Assembly: GCA_045633945.1 (NCBI GenBank)
Contig: JAZQZH010000037.1
Location: forward strand, 4,171-68,170
Length of the DNA stretch: 64,000 bases
Reading direction: 5' to 3'
DNA from: Alphaproteobacteria bacterium
Lineage (GTDB): Bacteria; Pseudomonadota; Alphaproteobacteria; RF32; CAG-239
The stretch's first letter is position 1. Each line of letters opens with the position of its first letter. Made by a program: the position numbers and the translations under genes. The notes beneath the pieces were generated by a model. It made no database searches, was not told the DNA's origin, and saw nothing but the letters and a program-made list of their open reading frames with translations. Shown here piece after piece: positions 50,689 to 61,594 of this stretch.

Positions 50689-53328
50689 ATGTTTAAGAGT
50701 AACAAAGATACACGCCCAGACAAAATTTTAGAAACAAGACTTTTGCTTCTAGTTTTTATGTTAACAGCAACCATCTTAAGCATTGGTTTTCTCTTTGCAT
50801 ATCCAATGTATTTAAGACCAATTATTCTAGCAATTTTTATATTCATAACACTAAGTATATATATAGCCATAACCATCCTTCAATCTGGTGAAACAGCCAT
50901 TTTATATGGAGGATTAGCTAATGAGATACTAAAAGATAAAAAAATATGCTATATTATTACTAATCAGGACAATAAAATTGTTTTACAAAATGAATTAGCG
51001 AAAGCTTTTTTACAAAACACCCCAATACTTGATTTTTTAAAAAAACATATAATAACTGATGAAAGCAATCTTCATAAACTAAAAGAACTTGAGCATGCTT
51101 CACAAAATCTAAAAGAAACATCTCAAGATATAGCAATCAAGTTTGATGATAAAACAATTTTTTCTGGTTTTGAGTGGTATCGCGTAAACATACGCCCTAT
51201 AAGCTTAAATCCAAACAAAAATGAAGATATATTAACCATCTCAAAATTAGATAAAAAATACAATATTTATCAATTCTGGAGTTTTGAAAACATCACTTCA
51301 GAAAAAACCATGAATACAATTTTTAAAGAAGAGCGTCGAGCTTTTTATAACTTTCTAAACTTTTTACCCATTGGTATTTATGTTCTAAATAATAAAAATA
51401 AAGTAGAATATATAAATAAAACACTAAGCTTAATGTTAAACACCCCAAAAGACCAAATATTAGGCAAAGATATAAATTCATTCTTAATCAAATCTTCTGC
51501 AACAGAAGAAAAAATAAACAATGGGATAACCCAATATAATGCCTATATAAAATCTCAAGGAAAAATATATGAGTATCTTGTAAAAACAGACACTTTTAAA
51601 GAAGGACAATCTCTTCAAACCAGAGGTCTTGTTATTGGAGAAATACCAACTCATAACACTCTTCAAGACACATATAAAGAAATAGTTTCAGAATCAAATA
51701 GCATATTTAATCTCTCTCCTTTTGGAATAATGCTGCTAGATAAAGATCTAATCATTAAACGAGTAAACCAACAATTTACTGACATCTTAAATGTACCATC
51801 TCCTTCACAACTACAAAATAACTACTTAACAAATTATCTAGATGAAGAAAGTATATTAAAAATTAAAAAACAAATTACAACATTTGAAAATGAAGAAAGC
51901 AAATTACAAGTAGCATATTTTGATTTAAATCTAAAAAAGAAAAATCAAAATAAAATACTAAGATTATATATCTGTCCACTATTCTCATCTACATTACAAA
52001 TCAAAGAAAATATAAAAGGTATTACCCTCTTTTGCCTAGATGCAACAGAACAAAAAAACCTAGAAACACAATTTGCACAAGCACAAAAAATGCAAGCAAT
52101 GGGACAACTTGCCGGCGGTATTGCACATGACTTTAACAACCTCCTAACCGCAATGATTGGTTTTTGTGATTTATTATTACAACGCCATGGTCCCAAAGAT
52201 TCTTCTCATGCAGATATAATACAAATTAAGCAAAATGCTAACTGTGCTGCAGAACTGGTTCGTCAATTATTACAATTTTCAAGAAAACAACCTCTAAAAC
52301 CAGAATTAAACAGCATTACTGATATACTTGTCACATACACCCCTTTATTAAAAAGAACGGTTGGTGAACAAGTTGAACTCAAATTTAATCATGGCGACAA
52401 CTTAAATTCAATAAAGGTTGATAAAGTACAGTTTTTACAAGTAGTTCTAAACTTGTGTGTAAATGCAAAAGACGCTATGAACAAAAAAGGTACTCTAACA
52501 ATTTCCACCCAAATGGAAACTTTGTTAGAGCCATATCATTTCGGAGCAGAAACAATAGATGCAGGCTCTTTTGTTAGAATGGATGTAACAGACTCAGGTT
52601 GCGGCATTCCTCTTGAAAATTTATCTCGTATTTTTGAACCATTTTTCTCAACAAAACAAAACATCGTCGGCTCTGGTACCGGATTAGGATTGGCAACAGT
52701 ATATGGAATAGTTCGCCAAATGGAAGGTTTTATAAAGGTAAATAGTACTCTAAATGTAGGAACTACATTCTCTATCTATCTTCCTGCATACACTCAAACA
52801 GTTTCACACCAAACATTAGATGAAACACCTTCATACAGAACTCTAAACGATAAAAAAGGCCGTGCTGTTCTAACCCCCACACCACAAACAAACACAGATA
52901 AAATCATCTTAGGTTTAAGCCTGTCTGCAACCGACAACCTAAACCAAACACCAGATAATATCGAAAATATCCGCATACTATTAGTTGATGATGAAGATTC
53001 TGTTAGAACATTTGCACAACGAGCATTGCGCAAAAAGGGATATACTGTTGTAAGTTGCAATTCTGCAGAAAATGCTCTAGAAACCCTAAAAACAGATAAA
53101 AACTTTAATTTATTAATTACCGATATGGTTATGCCTGGGCTTAATGGAATAGAATTATCAAAACTAGTATTAGAAGAGTTGCCTGATATAAAAATAATAC
53201 TTGCCTCAGGATATTCTGAAGATATATTAAAAGGAGAATTTAGCGATATAGAAAATATGTCTTTCATTCCAAAACCTTTCAGCTTAAGCGATTTAACACA
53301 AAAAGTTTATGAGGTTTTAGTAGGTTAA
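50689..53328 (+). CDS. cckA: hybrid sensor histidine kinase / response regulator, CckA-type
   Basis: Two TMs, PAS regions, MGQLAGGIAHDFNNLLTAM H-box, GTGLGLATVYGIV, C-terminal receiver (ILLVDDE..ITDMVMPG..). Closely parallels Caulobacter CckA as recalled from memory. Confidence 0.8.
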   Translation: MFKSNKDTRPDKILETRLLLLVFMLTATILSIGFLFAYPMYLRPIILAIFIFITLSIYIAITILQSGETAILYGGLANEILKDKKICYIITNQDNKIVLQNELAKAFLQNTPILDFLKKHIITDESNLHKLKELEHASQNLKETSQDIAIKFDDKTIFSGFEWYRVNIRPISLNPNKNEDILTISKLDKKYNIYQFWSFENITSEKTMNTIFKEERRAFYNFLNFLPIGIYVLNNKNKVEYINKTLSLMLNTPKDQILGKDINSFLIKSSATEEKINNGITQYNAYIKSQGKIYEYLVKTDTFKEGQSLQTRGLVIGEIPTHNTLQDTYKEIVSESNSIFNLSPFGIMLLDKDLIIKRVNQQFTDILNVPSPSQLQNNYLTNYLDEESILKIKKQITTFENEESKLQVAYFDLNLKKKNQNKILRLYICPLFSSTLQIKENIKGITLFCLDATEQKNLETQFAQAQKMQAMGQLAGGIAHDFNNLLTAMIGFCDLLLQRHGPKDSSHADIIQIKQNANCAAELVRQLLQFSRKQPLKPELNSITDILVTYTPLLKRTVGEQVELKFNHGDNLNSIKVDKVQFLQVVLNLCVNAKDAMNKKGTLTISTQMETLLEPYHFGAETIDAGSFVRMDVTDSGCGIPLENLSRIFEPFFSTKQNIVGSGTGLGLATVYGIVRQMEGFIKVNSTLNVGTTFSIYLPAYTQTVSHQTLDETPSYRTLNDKKGRAVLTPTPQTNTDKIILGLSLSATDNLNQTPDNIENIRILLVDDEDSVRTFAQRALRKKGYTVVSCNSAENALETLKTDKNFNLLITDMVMPGLNGIELSKLVLEELPDIKIILASGYSEDILKGEFSDIENMSFIPKPFSLSDLTQKVYEVLVG

Positions 53329-53330
53329 AC

Positions 53331-54065
53331 ATGAGCAATATAAATAACAAAATAAAACAATATAAACTAAATTTTGAACCAGCTAATTATTTGGGCGAAG
53401 AAGATTTCATGATCACCGCATGCAATCAAACAGCTTATTTAGCTGTAAAAACTTGGCCCAATTGGCAACATTTTGCTCTAAATATTTATGGTCCTAAAAG
53501 TTCAGGCAAATCTCATCTTGCACACATTTGGATAACAACAATACAAAACTCACTCCCTCGCCCTATACAGATTCCAATACTAAATGCTCACAGCATTAAT
53601 ATGAAAAATATAAATAAATTAACCAGCCAACACCCCTATTTGGTCATAGAAGAGTTGGATGCAAACATTAACGAAGAGGCCTTCTTCCATTTATATAATA
53701 ATTACAACACTCCCAAAACAAATATATTATTTACATCAGAGTTGCCTCTCTCAAAGCTATCACTAAAGCTACCAGATTTGCGATCGAGATTAAATATCGT
53801 GCCAAATGCAGAAATACATCAACCAGATGATGAAATGCTAACAGCACTTGTAGCCAAATTATTTAACGATCGCCAAATCATCATATCTCAAGAAATTCTT
53901 GATTATATACTAAAATACTCTGAGCGTTCTTTTGCTTACATAACCAAATTAGTTGCAGAAATTGATGAAATTTCATGGATATACGGACGCGCCGTATCTA
54001 TTCCTATTGTTAAAGAAGCTATAGATAACTTAAATCACGACCAACAGTTGGAACTATTCATATGA
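53331..54065 (+). CDS. hdaA: DnaA regulatory inactivator HdaA
   Basis: 244 aa, Walker A GPKSSGKSHL. DnaA-domain-III-like, with the Hda length and layout. Starts 2 nt after the cckA stop. Confidence 0.75.
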   Translation: MSNINNKIKQYKLNFEPANYLGEEDFMITACNQTAYLAVKTWPNWQHFALNIYGPKSSGKSHLAHIWITTIQNSLPRPIQIPILNAHSINMKNINKLTSQHPYLVIEELDANINEEAFFHLYNNYNTPKTNILFTSELPLSKLSLKLPDLRSRLNIVPNAEIHQPDDEMLTALVAKLFNDRQIIISQEILDYILKYSERSFAYITKLVAEIDEISWIYGRAVSIPIVKEAIDNLNHDQQLELFI

Positions 54066-54964
54066 CAAAGCATAACAATTTAGATATCAACGGATGGATT
54101 ATATTAGATAAACCTCAAGGTGTGAGCTCAAATCAAATTTTAAGAAAAATACAATACGAATTAAAAGCAAAAAAAGCAGGACATATTGGCACATTAGACC
54201 CTTTTGCAACAGGAGTATTACCTCTCGCTTTTGGTGAAGCTACCAAGCTTATACCATACTTAGAACAAGGTGATAAAACATACGAGTTTGAACTACTATT
54301 TGGAACTTCAACTACAACCGATGACATAGAAGGAGAGATTTGCAACACCTCTACAAAGATTCCAACCAAAGATGAAATTATCAATATCATCCCCAAATTC
54401 TTAGGTAAAATAACTCAAATTCCACCAAAATATTCCGCCATTCATATAGATGGCAAACGAGCATATACTTTAGCAAGAGAAGGAAAAGATTTTGAAATTC
54501 CAAAACGTGAAATTGAAATAAAATCACTTATCTTAAAAAACTATCAACCAGAGTTAAAAAAAGCAAATTTTGAAGTTACATGCTCCAAAGGAACATATGT
54601 AAGAACACTAGGAACCGATATAGCAAAATCATTAAACACATGTGGACACCTAACCTCCTTACGCCGTACAAAAAATGGAAAATTTAGCATTGAGGATACG
54701 ATTTTACTGGAAAATTTAAAAAATATGTTGTATACAAATGGCGGTGAGAAATCTGTTTTACCAGTTGAAACGTTTCTGTGCGACATCACGGTTATCGCTT
54801 TAACTCAAACAGAAGCTCTCAAGCTTAAAAACGGGCAAGCTATTGATAATAAAGGAATTAAACCTTTAAACAATATCTATGCAGCCTGTTTAGAAAATAA
54901 GCTTATAGCCCTTGTTGAAGAAAGAGAAAAACAACTCTTTCCGATTCGGGTTTTTAATCTTTAA
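54062..54964 (+). CDS. truB: tRNA pseudouridine(55) synthase TruB
   Basis: GWIILDKP.G.SS, GHIGTLDPFATGVLPL catalytic Asp motif. 4-nt overlap (ATGA) with hdaA. Confidence 0.95.
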   Translation: MTKHNNLDINGWIILDKPQGVSSNQILRKIQYELKAKKAGHIGTLDPFATGVLPLAFGEATKLIPYLEQGDKTYEFELLFGTSTTTDDIEGEICNTSTKIPTKDEIINIIPKFLGKITQIPPKYSAIHIDGKRAYTLAREGKDFEIPKREIEIKSLILKNYQPELKKANFEVTCSKGTYVRTLGTDIAKSLNTCGHLTSLRRTKNGKFSIEDTILLENLKNMLYTNGGEKSVLPVETFLCDITVIALTQTEALKLKNGQAIDNKGIKPLNNIYAACLENKLIALVEEREKQLFPIRVFNL

Positions 54965-54996
54965 TTTTAATATTTTAATTAAAAAGGAATAAATAG

Positions 54997-55266
54997 ATGT
55001 CGATTACAAACGAAAAAAAACAAGAAATTATTGCAGCGTACGGCTTAAAAGAAGGTGATACTGGTTCTCCAGAAGTACAAATCGCTATCTGGACACATAG
55101 AATCAACGCTTTAATTGAGCACTTTAACACTCATAAAAAAGACCTTCACTCTCGTTTAGGTCTTATGAAGATGGTAAGTCGTCGCCGTCACTTGTTAGAC
55201 CACCTAAAGAACACAAGTGAAGAAAGATATCAAACATTGATTAAAAAATTAGATTTACGTAAGTAA
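54997..55266 (+). CDS. rpsO: 30S ribosomal protein S15
   Basis: 89 aa, ..GDTGS.EVQIA..T.RI..L..H...HKKD.HSR.GL..MV..RR.LL.YL. Confidence 0.97.
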   Translation: MSITNEKKQEIIAAYGLKEGDTGSPEVQIAIWTHRINALIEHFNTHKKDLHSRLGLMKMVSRRRHLLDHLKNTSEERYQTLIKKLDLRK

Positions 55267-55277
55267 GATGTTTGAAT

Positions 55278-55309
55278 GAAATAGCGGGGCAATGGGGCTC
55301 CGCTATTTC
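55278..55309 (+). promoter_or_regulatory. rpsO terminator / pnp leader hairpin
   Basis: GAAATAGCGG-N12-CCGCTATTTC between rpsO and pnp. This is the position of the RNase III-processed autoregulatory hairpin in E. coli. Confidence 0.55.
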
Positions 55310-55360
55310 TTAAATCCTAGTATAACACTAGGTGAGGTATTTATAGGAAAGGTAAAAAAT

Positions 55361-57478
55361 ATGGTAAATTGGAACGTATGCCGCAAAGAAATGGAATGGG
55401 GCGGTCGTAAATTAGTTTTAGAAACAGGCAAAATCGCAAAACAATCAACAGGTGCAGTACTCGCAAGTTATGGCAACACAACTGTACTTGCAACAGTAGT
55501 TGCTGCCAAAGAAGCAAAAGCTGACCAAGACTTCTTCCCACTAACTGTTAACTATCAAGAAAAATATTATGCAACAGGTAAAATACCTGGTGGGTTCATG
55601 AAACGTGAAGGAAAACCTTCTGAACATGAAGTTTTGGTATCTCGCTTAATCGACAGACCAATCCGTCCACTCTTCCCTGATGCGTTCAAAAATGAAGTTC
55701 AAATCGTTTGCACAACTATTGCTCATGATAAAAAAACAGATTCAGATATTTTAGCAATGGTTGCTGCTTCTGCTGCACTTGCAGTATCAGGTATTCCATT
55801 CTTGGGTCCTATTGGTGCTGCAAAAGTTGGTTACATTAATGGAGAATATGTATTAAACCCAACATTAGAAGAAATTAAAAACTCAGAGCTTGAATTAACT
55901 GTTGCCGGAACATCAGAAGGTGTTCTCATGGTAGAATCAGAAGCTAACGAACTCTCAGAAGAAATAATGTTAAATGCTGTTATGTTCGGTTTTGATAACT
56001 TCCAAAAAGTTATCGAATTAATAAACGAACTCAAAGCAGAAGCTGGTAAAGAAGCATGGGAAAAACCAAGCTTCCCTAAAGAATTTGATGACTTATACAA
56101 CAGAGTTGAAAAAGAATTCCGTGCAAAATACGAAGAAGCATTCAACGAAGTTGACAAACAAAAACGTTCTACACGTCTTGGTGAATTAAAAGCAGAAGTT
56201 GAAGCAACAATTGATCCTGAAAACGAAATCGAAGTTCGTTACTCTTTAGACGTAACAGAAAAATTGATGCATTCAGTAATGCGTGAAAAAGTATTATCTA
56301 CTGGTTCACGTATTGATGGACGCGACACAAAAACAGTTCGCCCAATTACTTGCGAAGTAGATCTTCTTCCAACAACACACGGTTCAGCATTATTTACACG
56401 TGGTGAAACACAAGCACTTGTTGTTGCAACATTAGGTACTGCTGAAGATTCTCAAATTATCGATGGTTTAATGGAAGAACAACGCCAAGAATTTATGTTA
56501 AACTACAATTTCCCACCATTCTCTGTTGGTGAATGCGGAAGACTTGGTTCTCCTGGTCGTCGTGAAATTGGTCACGGAAAACTTGCATGGCGTGCCATCC
56601 ACCCAATGATGCCAAAAGACAAATCTGAATTCCCATACACAATCCGCGTTGTATCAGATATTATGGAATCAAATGGTTCTTCATCAATGGCAACAGTTTG
56701 TGGTTCTACTTTAGCTCTTATGGATGCGGGTGTTCCACTCAAAAAGCCAGTTGCTGGTATCGCAATGGGCTTAATTAAAGAAGACGATGGCAGAGTTGCA
56801 ATCTTAACAGATATCCTTGGTGATGAAGACCACCTCGGCGATATGGACTTCAAAGTTGCCGGAACAAAAGATGGTGTAACAGCACTCCAAATGGATATTA
56901 AAATTACATCTATCACAAAAGAAATTATGAAAAACGCTCTTGCACAAGCACATGAAGGACGCATTCATATCTTAGGTGAAATGGCAAAAGCTCTTGCAGA
57001 ACCTCGCCCAGAAGTTTCTCCAAATGCTCCACGTATTATCTCTATTAAAATTCCAACAGATAAAATCCGTGAAGTAATTGGTACTGGTGGTAAAGTAATT
57101 CGTGAAATTATTGAAAAAACCAACACAAAAATTGATATCGATGACGATGGTACAGTAAATGTTGCTGCAGTAGATAAAAAAGATGCTGAAGCAGCTCTAG
57201 AAATCATCAATGGCATTGTTGCCGTTCCTGAAGAAGGAAAGAACTATCACGGAACAATTACCAAAATCATGGACTTTGGTGCATTTGTTCGTTTCCTCGG
57301 CTCAACAGAAGGTTTAGTTCATATTTCAGAAGTTAAAAACGAACGCATCGCTTCTGTTTGCGACTTCTACAAAGAAGGTGACAGAATTTGGGTTAAATGC
57401 TTAGGAACAGACAATCGTGGTAAGATTAAATTATCTGCAAAACGTGTTAACCAAGAAACTGGTCAAGACGCAGAATAA
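55361..57478 (+). CDS. pnp: polyribonucleotide nucleotidyltransferase (PNPase)
   Basis: [33 protein letters not shown]. Two RNase PH domains ([15 protein letters not shown]), KH and S1. The ATG at 55361 follows AGGAAAGG; the track start at 55292 is too early. Confidence 0.97.
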   Translation: MVNWNVCRKEMEWGGRKLVLETGKIAKQSTGAVLASYGNTTVLATVVAAKEAKADQDFFPLTVNYQEKYYATGKIPGGFMKREGKPSEHEVLVSRLIDRPIRPLFPDAFKNEVQIVCTTIAHDKKTDSDILAMVAASAALAVSGIPFLGPIGAAKVGYINGEYVLNPTLEEIKNSELELTVAGTSEGVLMVESEANELSEEIMLNAVMFGFDNFQKVIELINELKAEAGKEAWEKPSFPKEFDDLYNRVEKEFRAKYEEAFNEVDKQKRSTRLGELKAEVEATIDPENEIEVRYSLDVTEKLMHSVMREKVLSTGSRIDGRDTKTVRPITCEVDLLPTTHGSALFTRGETQALVVATLGTAEDSQIIDGLMEEQRQEFMLNYNFPPFSVGECGRLGSPGRREIGHGKLAWRAIHPMMPKDKSEFPYTIRVVSDIMESNGSSSMATVCGSTLALMDAGVPLKKPVAGIAMGLIKEDDGRVAILTDILGDEDHLGDMDFKVAGTKDGVTALQMDIKITSITKEIMKNALAQAHEGRIHILGEMAKALAEPRPEVSPNAPRIISIKIPTDKIREVIGTGGKVIREIIEKTNTKIDIDDDGTVNVAAVDKKDAEAALEIINGIVAVPEEGKNYHGTITKIMDFGAFVRFLGSTEGLVHISEVKNERIASVCDFYKEGDRIWVKCLGTDNRGKIKLSAKRVNQETGQDAE

Positions 57479-57495
57479 CTTTTAATCCAAACAAT

Positions 57496-57530
57496 AAAAA
57501 AGACCGGTTTTATTACCGGTCTTTTTTTTT
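57496..57530. terminator. bidirectional terminator
   Basis: AGACCGGT/ACCGGTCT stem flanked by A5 and T9 runs. Confidence 0.85.
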
Positions 57531-57531
57531 A

Positions 57532-58260
57532 CTACAAACTTTCACGAAAGAGTTTCTGATAAATCTCATATTCATGCGGATATTTCTCCAAAAATACCTT
57601 CTCTGTTTCTCTACAAAGCTTGATATTTTTCAAATAACCATCTCTCACAAGATTGACCCAAAAATCAAAAAATCCATCAAAACTACCTTCGTTAAGACGC
57701 TTTAAAAACAAATTATCAAATTTGCCCTTTAGCACACCTTGAAGTTCACGAGAATTCTTAACGATGTCACGAGAAACAAACTCTACAACCTTATCAATAT
57801 CACCATATTCGATAAGATATTCAACCACACCTGCTCTCAGCACATAGTACGAAAAATAAAGATGTACACACCTAACATTCAGAGGATACACACAAATAGT
57901 TCCTCTCTTCATTACGTCATAATATTCATCTCTAGATTTAGAAGCCTTATCATGAACTATTAATCTCACATCAAGAAATTTCTTCCAATCCTCGAGGGTT
58001 GAATACTTTGCAAACATAACAAACGTTTCATTTGCATATAAATCTTCAAACAAAAATCCAGAATTTAAAGAAAAATCACCCACAGGATACTCGTCGAGAT
58101 GATTATCATAACAAAATTTCTCAACCCAACTTCCATCTCTAATCGCCTCAATAACCGTTTTTTTCACAGGATCATTAATAAATTCATCGATTTCAGCCTT
58201 CGAAGTCAAAAACTCAAATCCGTTTTTTGAAACTTCATCAAAAGAAACATAACTATTCAT
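57532..58260 (-). CDS. hypothetical protein (242 aa), orphan
   Basis: Intact ORF. No signal peptide, no motif recognised, no SD. Confidence 0.6.
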   Translation of the reverse strand: MNSYVSFDEVSKNGFEFLTSKAEIDEFINDPVKKTVIEAIRDGSWVEKFCYDNHLDEYPVGDFSLNSGFLFEDLYANETFVMFAKYSTLEDWKKFLDVRLIVHDKASKSRDEYYDVMKRGTICVYPLNVRCVHLYFSYYVLRAGVVEYLIEYGDIDKVVEFVSRDIVKNSRELQGVLKGKFDNLFLKRLNEGSFDGFFDFWVNLVRDGYLKNIKLCRETEKVFLEKYPHEYEIYQKLFRESL

Positions 58261-58634
58261 ACAAAAATTTTAAGTAATTAAACATAAGAATATAAAAAGT
58301 ACCGGCATTATACTTAATTTTTTTTTTAAAGCAACTATAAAAAAAAAGCCGAAGCTTATATAAATTAAACTTTGGCCTTAATCTTCAAAAATAAATTTTA
58401 TTAACGACTATTTTGTTCCAATCTTTTTTTTAAATACCTCAAGATTATCTTTATCTTGTTCAGATGCTTTCTTCGACGCAGAACCTTTAGTTTCCTCTGC
58501 TTCATTTGGCAACGCTATAGATGTGTGTAGAAAACCAACACTTCTCCCCCTTTACACTCATCAAACATTTCAAAACAAATTTTCATTTATTCTCTCTCCA
58601 ATAACACTTACACTAAAAAATTTATATAAAAGCA

Positions 58635-58658
58635 ACAAAAAAGGAGCCCCTCAGCTCC
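58635..58658 (-). terminator. intrinsic terminator after adk
   Basis: Minus strand GGAGC-TGAGGG-GCTCC followed by TTTTTT. Confidence 0.55.
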
Positions 58659-58672
58659 TCCATTTTTGTATA

Positions 58673-59326
58673 TTACAAATACATTTTATTGGCTTCCAAA
58701 AATTCTCTTGCAATAACATCACCTTCTGCTGTTCCTTCATACCAAAAGAAGTTCTTTCCTTCTTTCTTTAGCTCCAAAACAGCAGGTTTAGTCATCTCTT
58801 CGTACTCTGCCAAACGCTCAGGCAACACTCTATCATCACGACGTTTAACAAGCCTTCCACCACAATCGCAATGCCCATCACCAACATTATGAGCCATACC
58901 ACATTTCTCACAAATACGGCGATTTTTTACTCTTTCTAAAATCAAATCTTTAGGAGTATCTCTAAATACTACCGCACTAGAAAAGTTTTCCATCAATCTA
59001 GAAAATTCTTTTACTTGAGCAACTGTTCTTGGGTATCCATCCAAAATCAAAACTTTTGCATCAACATTTTTAAGCTCTTCAACCAACATTTCATTAACCA
59101 TATCATCAGGCGCCAAACCACCTTCTTTCATATTGGCTGCAAGTTTTATTCCCATCGGAGTACCATTCTTTTTTTCTCTTCTAATAATTTCACCAACAGA
59201 AATGCCCGCAATATCATCTTCATTAAATCCATACATATTTTTTAATTCGTCTTTTAAGCATGAGGCAATATACCCCTTACCTGAAGCAGGCGCACCAATC
59301 AACGAAATAACAAATTTTTTATCCAT
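58673..59326 (-). CDS. adk: adenylate kinase (zinc-lid type, divergent)
   Basis: P-loop GAPASGKG, LILDGYPR, lid CEKCG...DGHCDCGG, RRDD. The track start (59335) is a GTG; the ATG at 59326 is preferred. Confidence 0.85.
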   Translation of the reverse strand: MDKKFVISLIGAPASGKGYIASCLKDELKNMYGFNEDDIAGISVGEIIRREKKNGTPMGIKLAANMKEGGLAPDDMVNEMLVEELKNVDAKVLILDGYPRTVAQVKEFSRLMENFSSAVVFRDTPKDLILERVKNRRICEKCGMAHNVGDGHCDCGGRLVKRRDDRVLPERLAEYEEMTKPAVLELKKEGKNFFWYEGTAEGDVIAREFLEANKMYL

Positions 59327-59412
59327 AACCCACACTTCCTATCAACAAATCATAAAAGAGTCCCAAACAATATGCCCAAGACCCTCTCATAATAAAACAT
59401 AATCGTTAATTT

Positions 59413-60579
59413 TTATTTTATATAATCATCTAAATCTTCGACACTAATTTCTTCATATGCAGGATCTAAAGGTATCGGATCACTTAGTGGTCTAATATCT
59501 TCACCATCCAATTTTAGTGGCTCACGCTTAGTTTCAACATTTTTAGCTGTATTCAATATATCGCTCTCAACCACCACAACACCTGGCTCAGAATAATCAA
59601 CCTTTGCACTATTTAAATCACTATTATATTCAACAGCTTTATTTACATCCGTTTCCTTAACTTCTTTAGCATCATTTTCTTTAAGATCTTTGTTTTCATT
59701 TGAAGGCTTCAAAACGTTTTCATCTGTTTTAATTTCTTCTTTCACTTCTATTTCTCTTGTCAAAACAGGACTTAATGGATGTGCATCATTTGGCAATCTA
59801 ATCATAGCATAACCAGAACCACCTCCATGAGCAGGACCTGCCATACCAATAGAATAGTAACCACCAATATAACCATAATCCATATCAATATAATCCACAT
59901 TAAACATTACTCTAATCTGAGTAACGCCAATACTTGTCATATCGCAATTAAAACCACCACCATTTAAAACAACACCATTATTATTCTTCACGTACAATAC
60001 AGCTTTATCTGGTTTACATACATATGGTGTTTGACCATTATAACTCAAACTGTACCCCAAAACCAACTCTATTGCATTTTTTCCATCAACAAGCATTGTA
60101 TCAACAATTTTCACACCATCAAAATAAACATATCCAGGAGTAACACCTATCTTAGCAGGAATTGTCAAATAAGGATTAACACAAACACGTGCCTGAGGAT
60201 TTGCCTCACACAACAAGGCATTAGCATCAGCATTATTATCAATTAAGTGAGCCAATGAATTAAAAATATACTCTTTTGATGTAGCAATTTCCGAAGGAGC
60301 ACATTGCTTATCTCTACACACAATCAAAGAATTAAGCTTAGGCACACGCTTATTATAAACCTTAGCTCCATAATTAGGATCTTTAATATCAATAATATTA
60401 TCACTCAAATAATGATTATCGGCCTCAAAATTATCCATATATAATGAACTATTTGAAGTCATCCCTGCAGATGGCATAAATAAGTCATCATAATCAACCG
60501 TAGTATCCCTAAAGTTAGAACAAGAAAATAATCCGAATATTCCAACCCCAACACAAAGTTTTAAAAATATTTTTTGCAC
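59413..60579 (-). CDS. hypothetical lipoprotein (388 aa)
   Basis: Lipobox GLFS|C. Acidic, Lys/Glu-rich C-terminal third. No domain recognised. Confidence 0.75.
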   Translation of the reverse strand: MQKIFLKLCVGVGIFGLFSCSNFRDTTVDYDDLFMPSAGMTSNSSLYMDNFEADNHYLSDNIIDIKDPNYGAKVYNKRVPKLNSLIVCRDKQCAPSEIATSKEYIFNSLAHLIDNNADANALLCEANPQARVCVNPYLTIPAKIGVTPGYVYFDGVKIVDTMLVDGKNAIELVLGYSLSYNGQTPYVCKPDKAVLYVKNNNGVVLNGGGFNCDMTSIGVTQIRVMFNVDYIDMDYGYIGGYYSIGMAGPAHGGGSGYAMIRLPNDAHPLSPVLTREIEVKEEIKTDENVLKPSNENKDLKENDAKEVKETDVNKAVEYNSDLNSAKVDYSEPGVVVVESDILNTAKNVETKREPLKLDGEDIRPLSDPIPLDPAYEEISVEDLDDYIK

Positions 60580-60646
60580 GCTAACTAACCTTTAATAAAA
60601 ATTAAGTATATACTATTTACATAAAAAATAAATCGAAAGTCCCGCA

Positions 60647-61162
60647 ATGAAAAGAAAATTGTCTAAAATATACACATTATATACAATAATATTTTCTATA
60701 TTAACTACATTTATACCACATTTTTCTTTTGCTGAAGAAATAAATATAACTACACACTCTGATTTTATAAAAGTTATAGATGGAGACAGTTTAGAAATTA
60801 ATACCCAAAGAATTAGATTAACAGGTATAGATGCGCCAGAATATTTGCAAACCTGCAAAGATAATAACGGCCAAAACTATAAATGCGGAATAAACTCAAT
60901 CAATTTTCTAAAAAAACTAATCGAAAACAAAACAGTCACCTGCAAATCAGACAAAAAAGATCAATATGATAGATATCTTTGCACTTGTTACGTTGATAAT
61001 AATATAGATATAAATCAAGAAATGATAAAAAATGGACAAGCAATAATATATCTAGAAACCAATTATACCAAAGAACAAGAGATTGCAAAACAAAACAAAC
61101 AAGGCATTTGGAGCGGAGATTTTATACATCCAAGACTGTTTCGTTTATTAAACAAAAGATAA
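60647..61162 (+). CDS. thermonuclease-family (SNase-like) secreted nuclease
   Basis: Signal peptide. VIDGDSLEINTQRIRLTGIDAPE ... DRY.R.L..C-type SNase pattern. Confidence 0.85.
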   Translation: MKRKLSKIYTLYTIIFSILTTFIPHFSFAEEINITTHSDFIKVIDGDSLEINTQRIRLTGIDAPEYLQTCKDNNGQNYKCGINSINFLKKLIENKTVTCKSDKKDQYDRYLCTCYVDNNIDINQEMIKNGQAIIYLETNYTKEQEIAKQNKQGIWSGDFIHPRLFRLLNKR

Positions 61163-61200
61163 CTCAATAATATTTTTTTTAAATTTTATACAGATTCTTA

Positions 61201-61228
61201 TTGACTCCTTAAAAATCTTCTGTATATT
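61201..61228 (+). promoter_or_regulatory. candidate sigma-70 promoter of rplU-rpmA
   Basis: TTGACT-N16-TATATT, 47 nt before the rplU ATG. Confidence 0.45.
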
Positions 61229-61274
61229 GCTCAAAAAAGTTATGTTTAAATCTATACAAAACAGGTGAATAAAA

Positions 61275-61574
61275 ATGTATGCAGTAATTAAAACAGGCGG
61301 CAAGCAATACAAAGTAGCATCAAACGATGTTATCAAAATTGAAAAAATTGCTGGCGACGCTGGAAGTGAAGTTATTTTTAACGAAGTATTAGCTATGGAT
61401 GACGTTATCGGCACTCCATTAGTTGCTGGTGCCACAGTAAAAGGCACTATTGTTAAACAAGCAAAAGACGCAAAAGTTATTGTTTTCAAAAAGAAAAGAA
61501 GACAAAACTACCGTCGTAAAAATGGTCACAGACAACAAATCACAATCGTAAAAATTACCGATTTGTGTAAATAA
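61275..61574 (+). CDS. rplU: 50S ribosomal protein L21
   Basis: MYAVIKTGGKQYKV N-terminus, SD AGGTGA. Confidence 0.97.
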   Translation: MYAVIKTGGKQYKVASNDVIKIEKIAGDAGSEVIFNEVLAMDDVIGTPLVAGATVKGTIVKQAKDAKVIVFKKKRRQNYRRKNGHRQQITIVKITDLCK

Positions 61575-61594
61575 TTAACTAGGAGTTATTAAAA

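Noticed and set aside
52794-53267. 157-aa antisense ORF in cckA (likewise 62500-62973 in obg, and 56572-57216 in pnp)
   Set aside because: Shadow ORFs opposite well-supported conserved genes.
58408-58512. 34-codon highly basic ORF (MKQRKLKVLRRRKHLNK..) on the minus strand
   Set aside because: It has no SD. It is a frame artefact of an A/G-rich stretch and resembles no small ribosomal protein.
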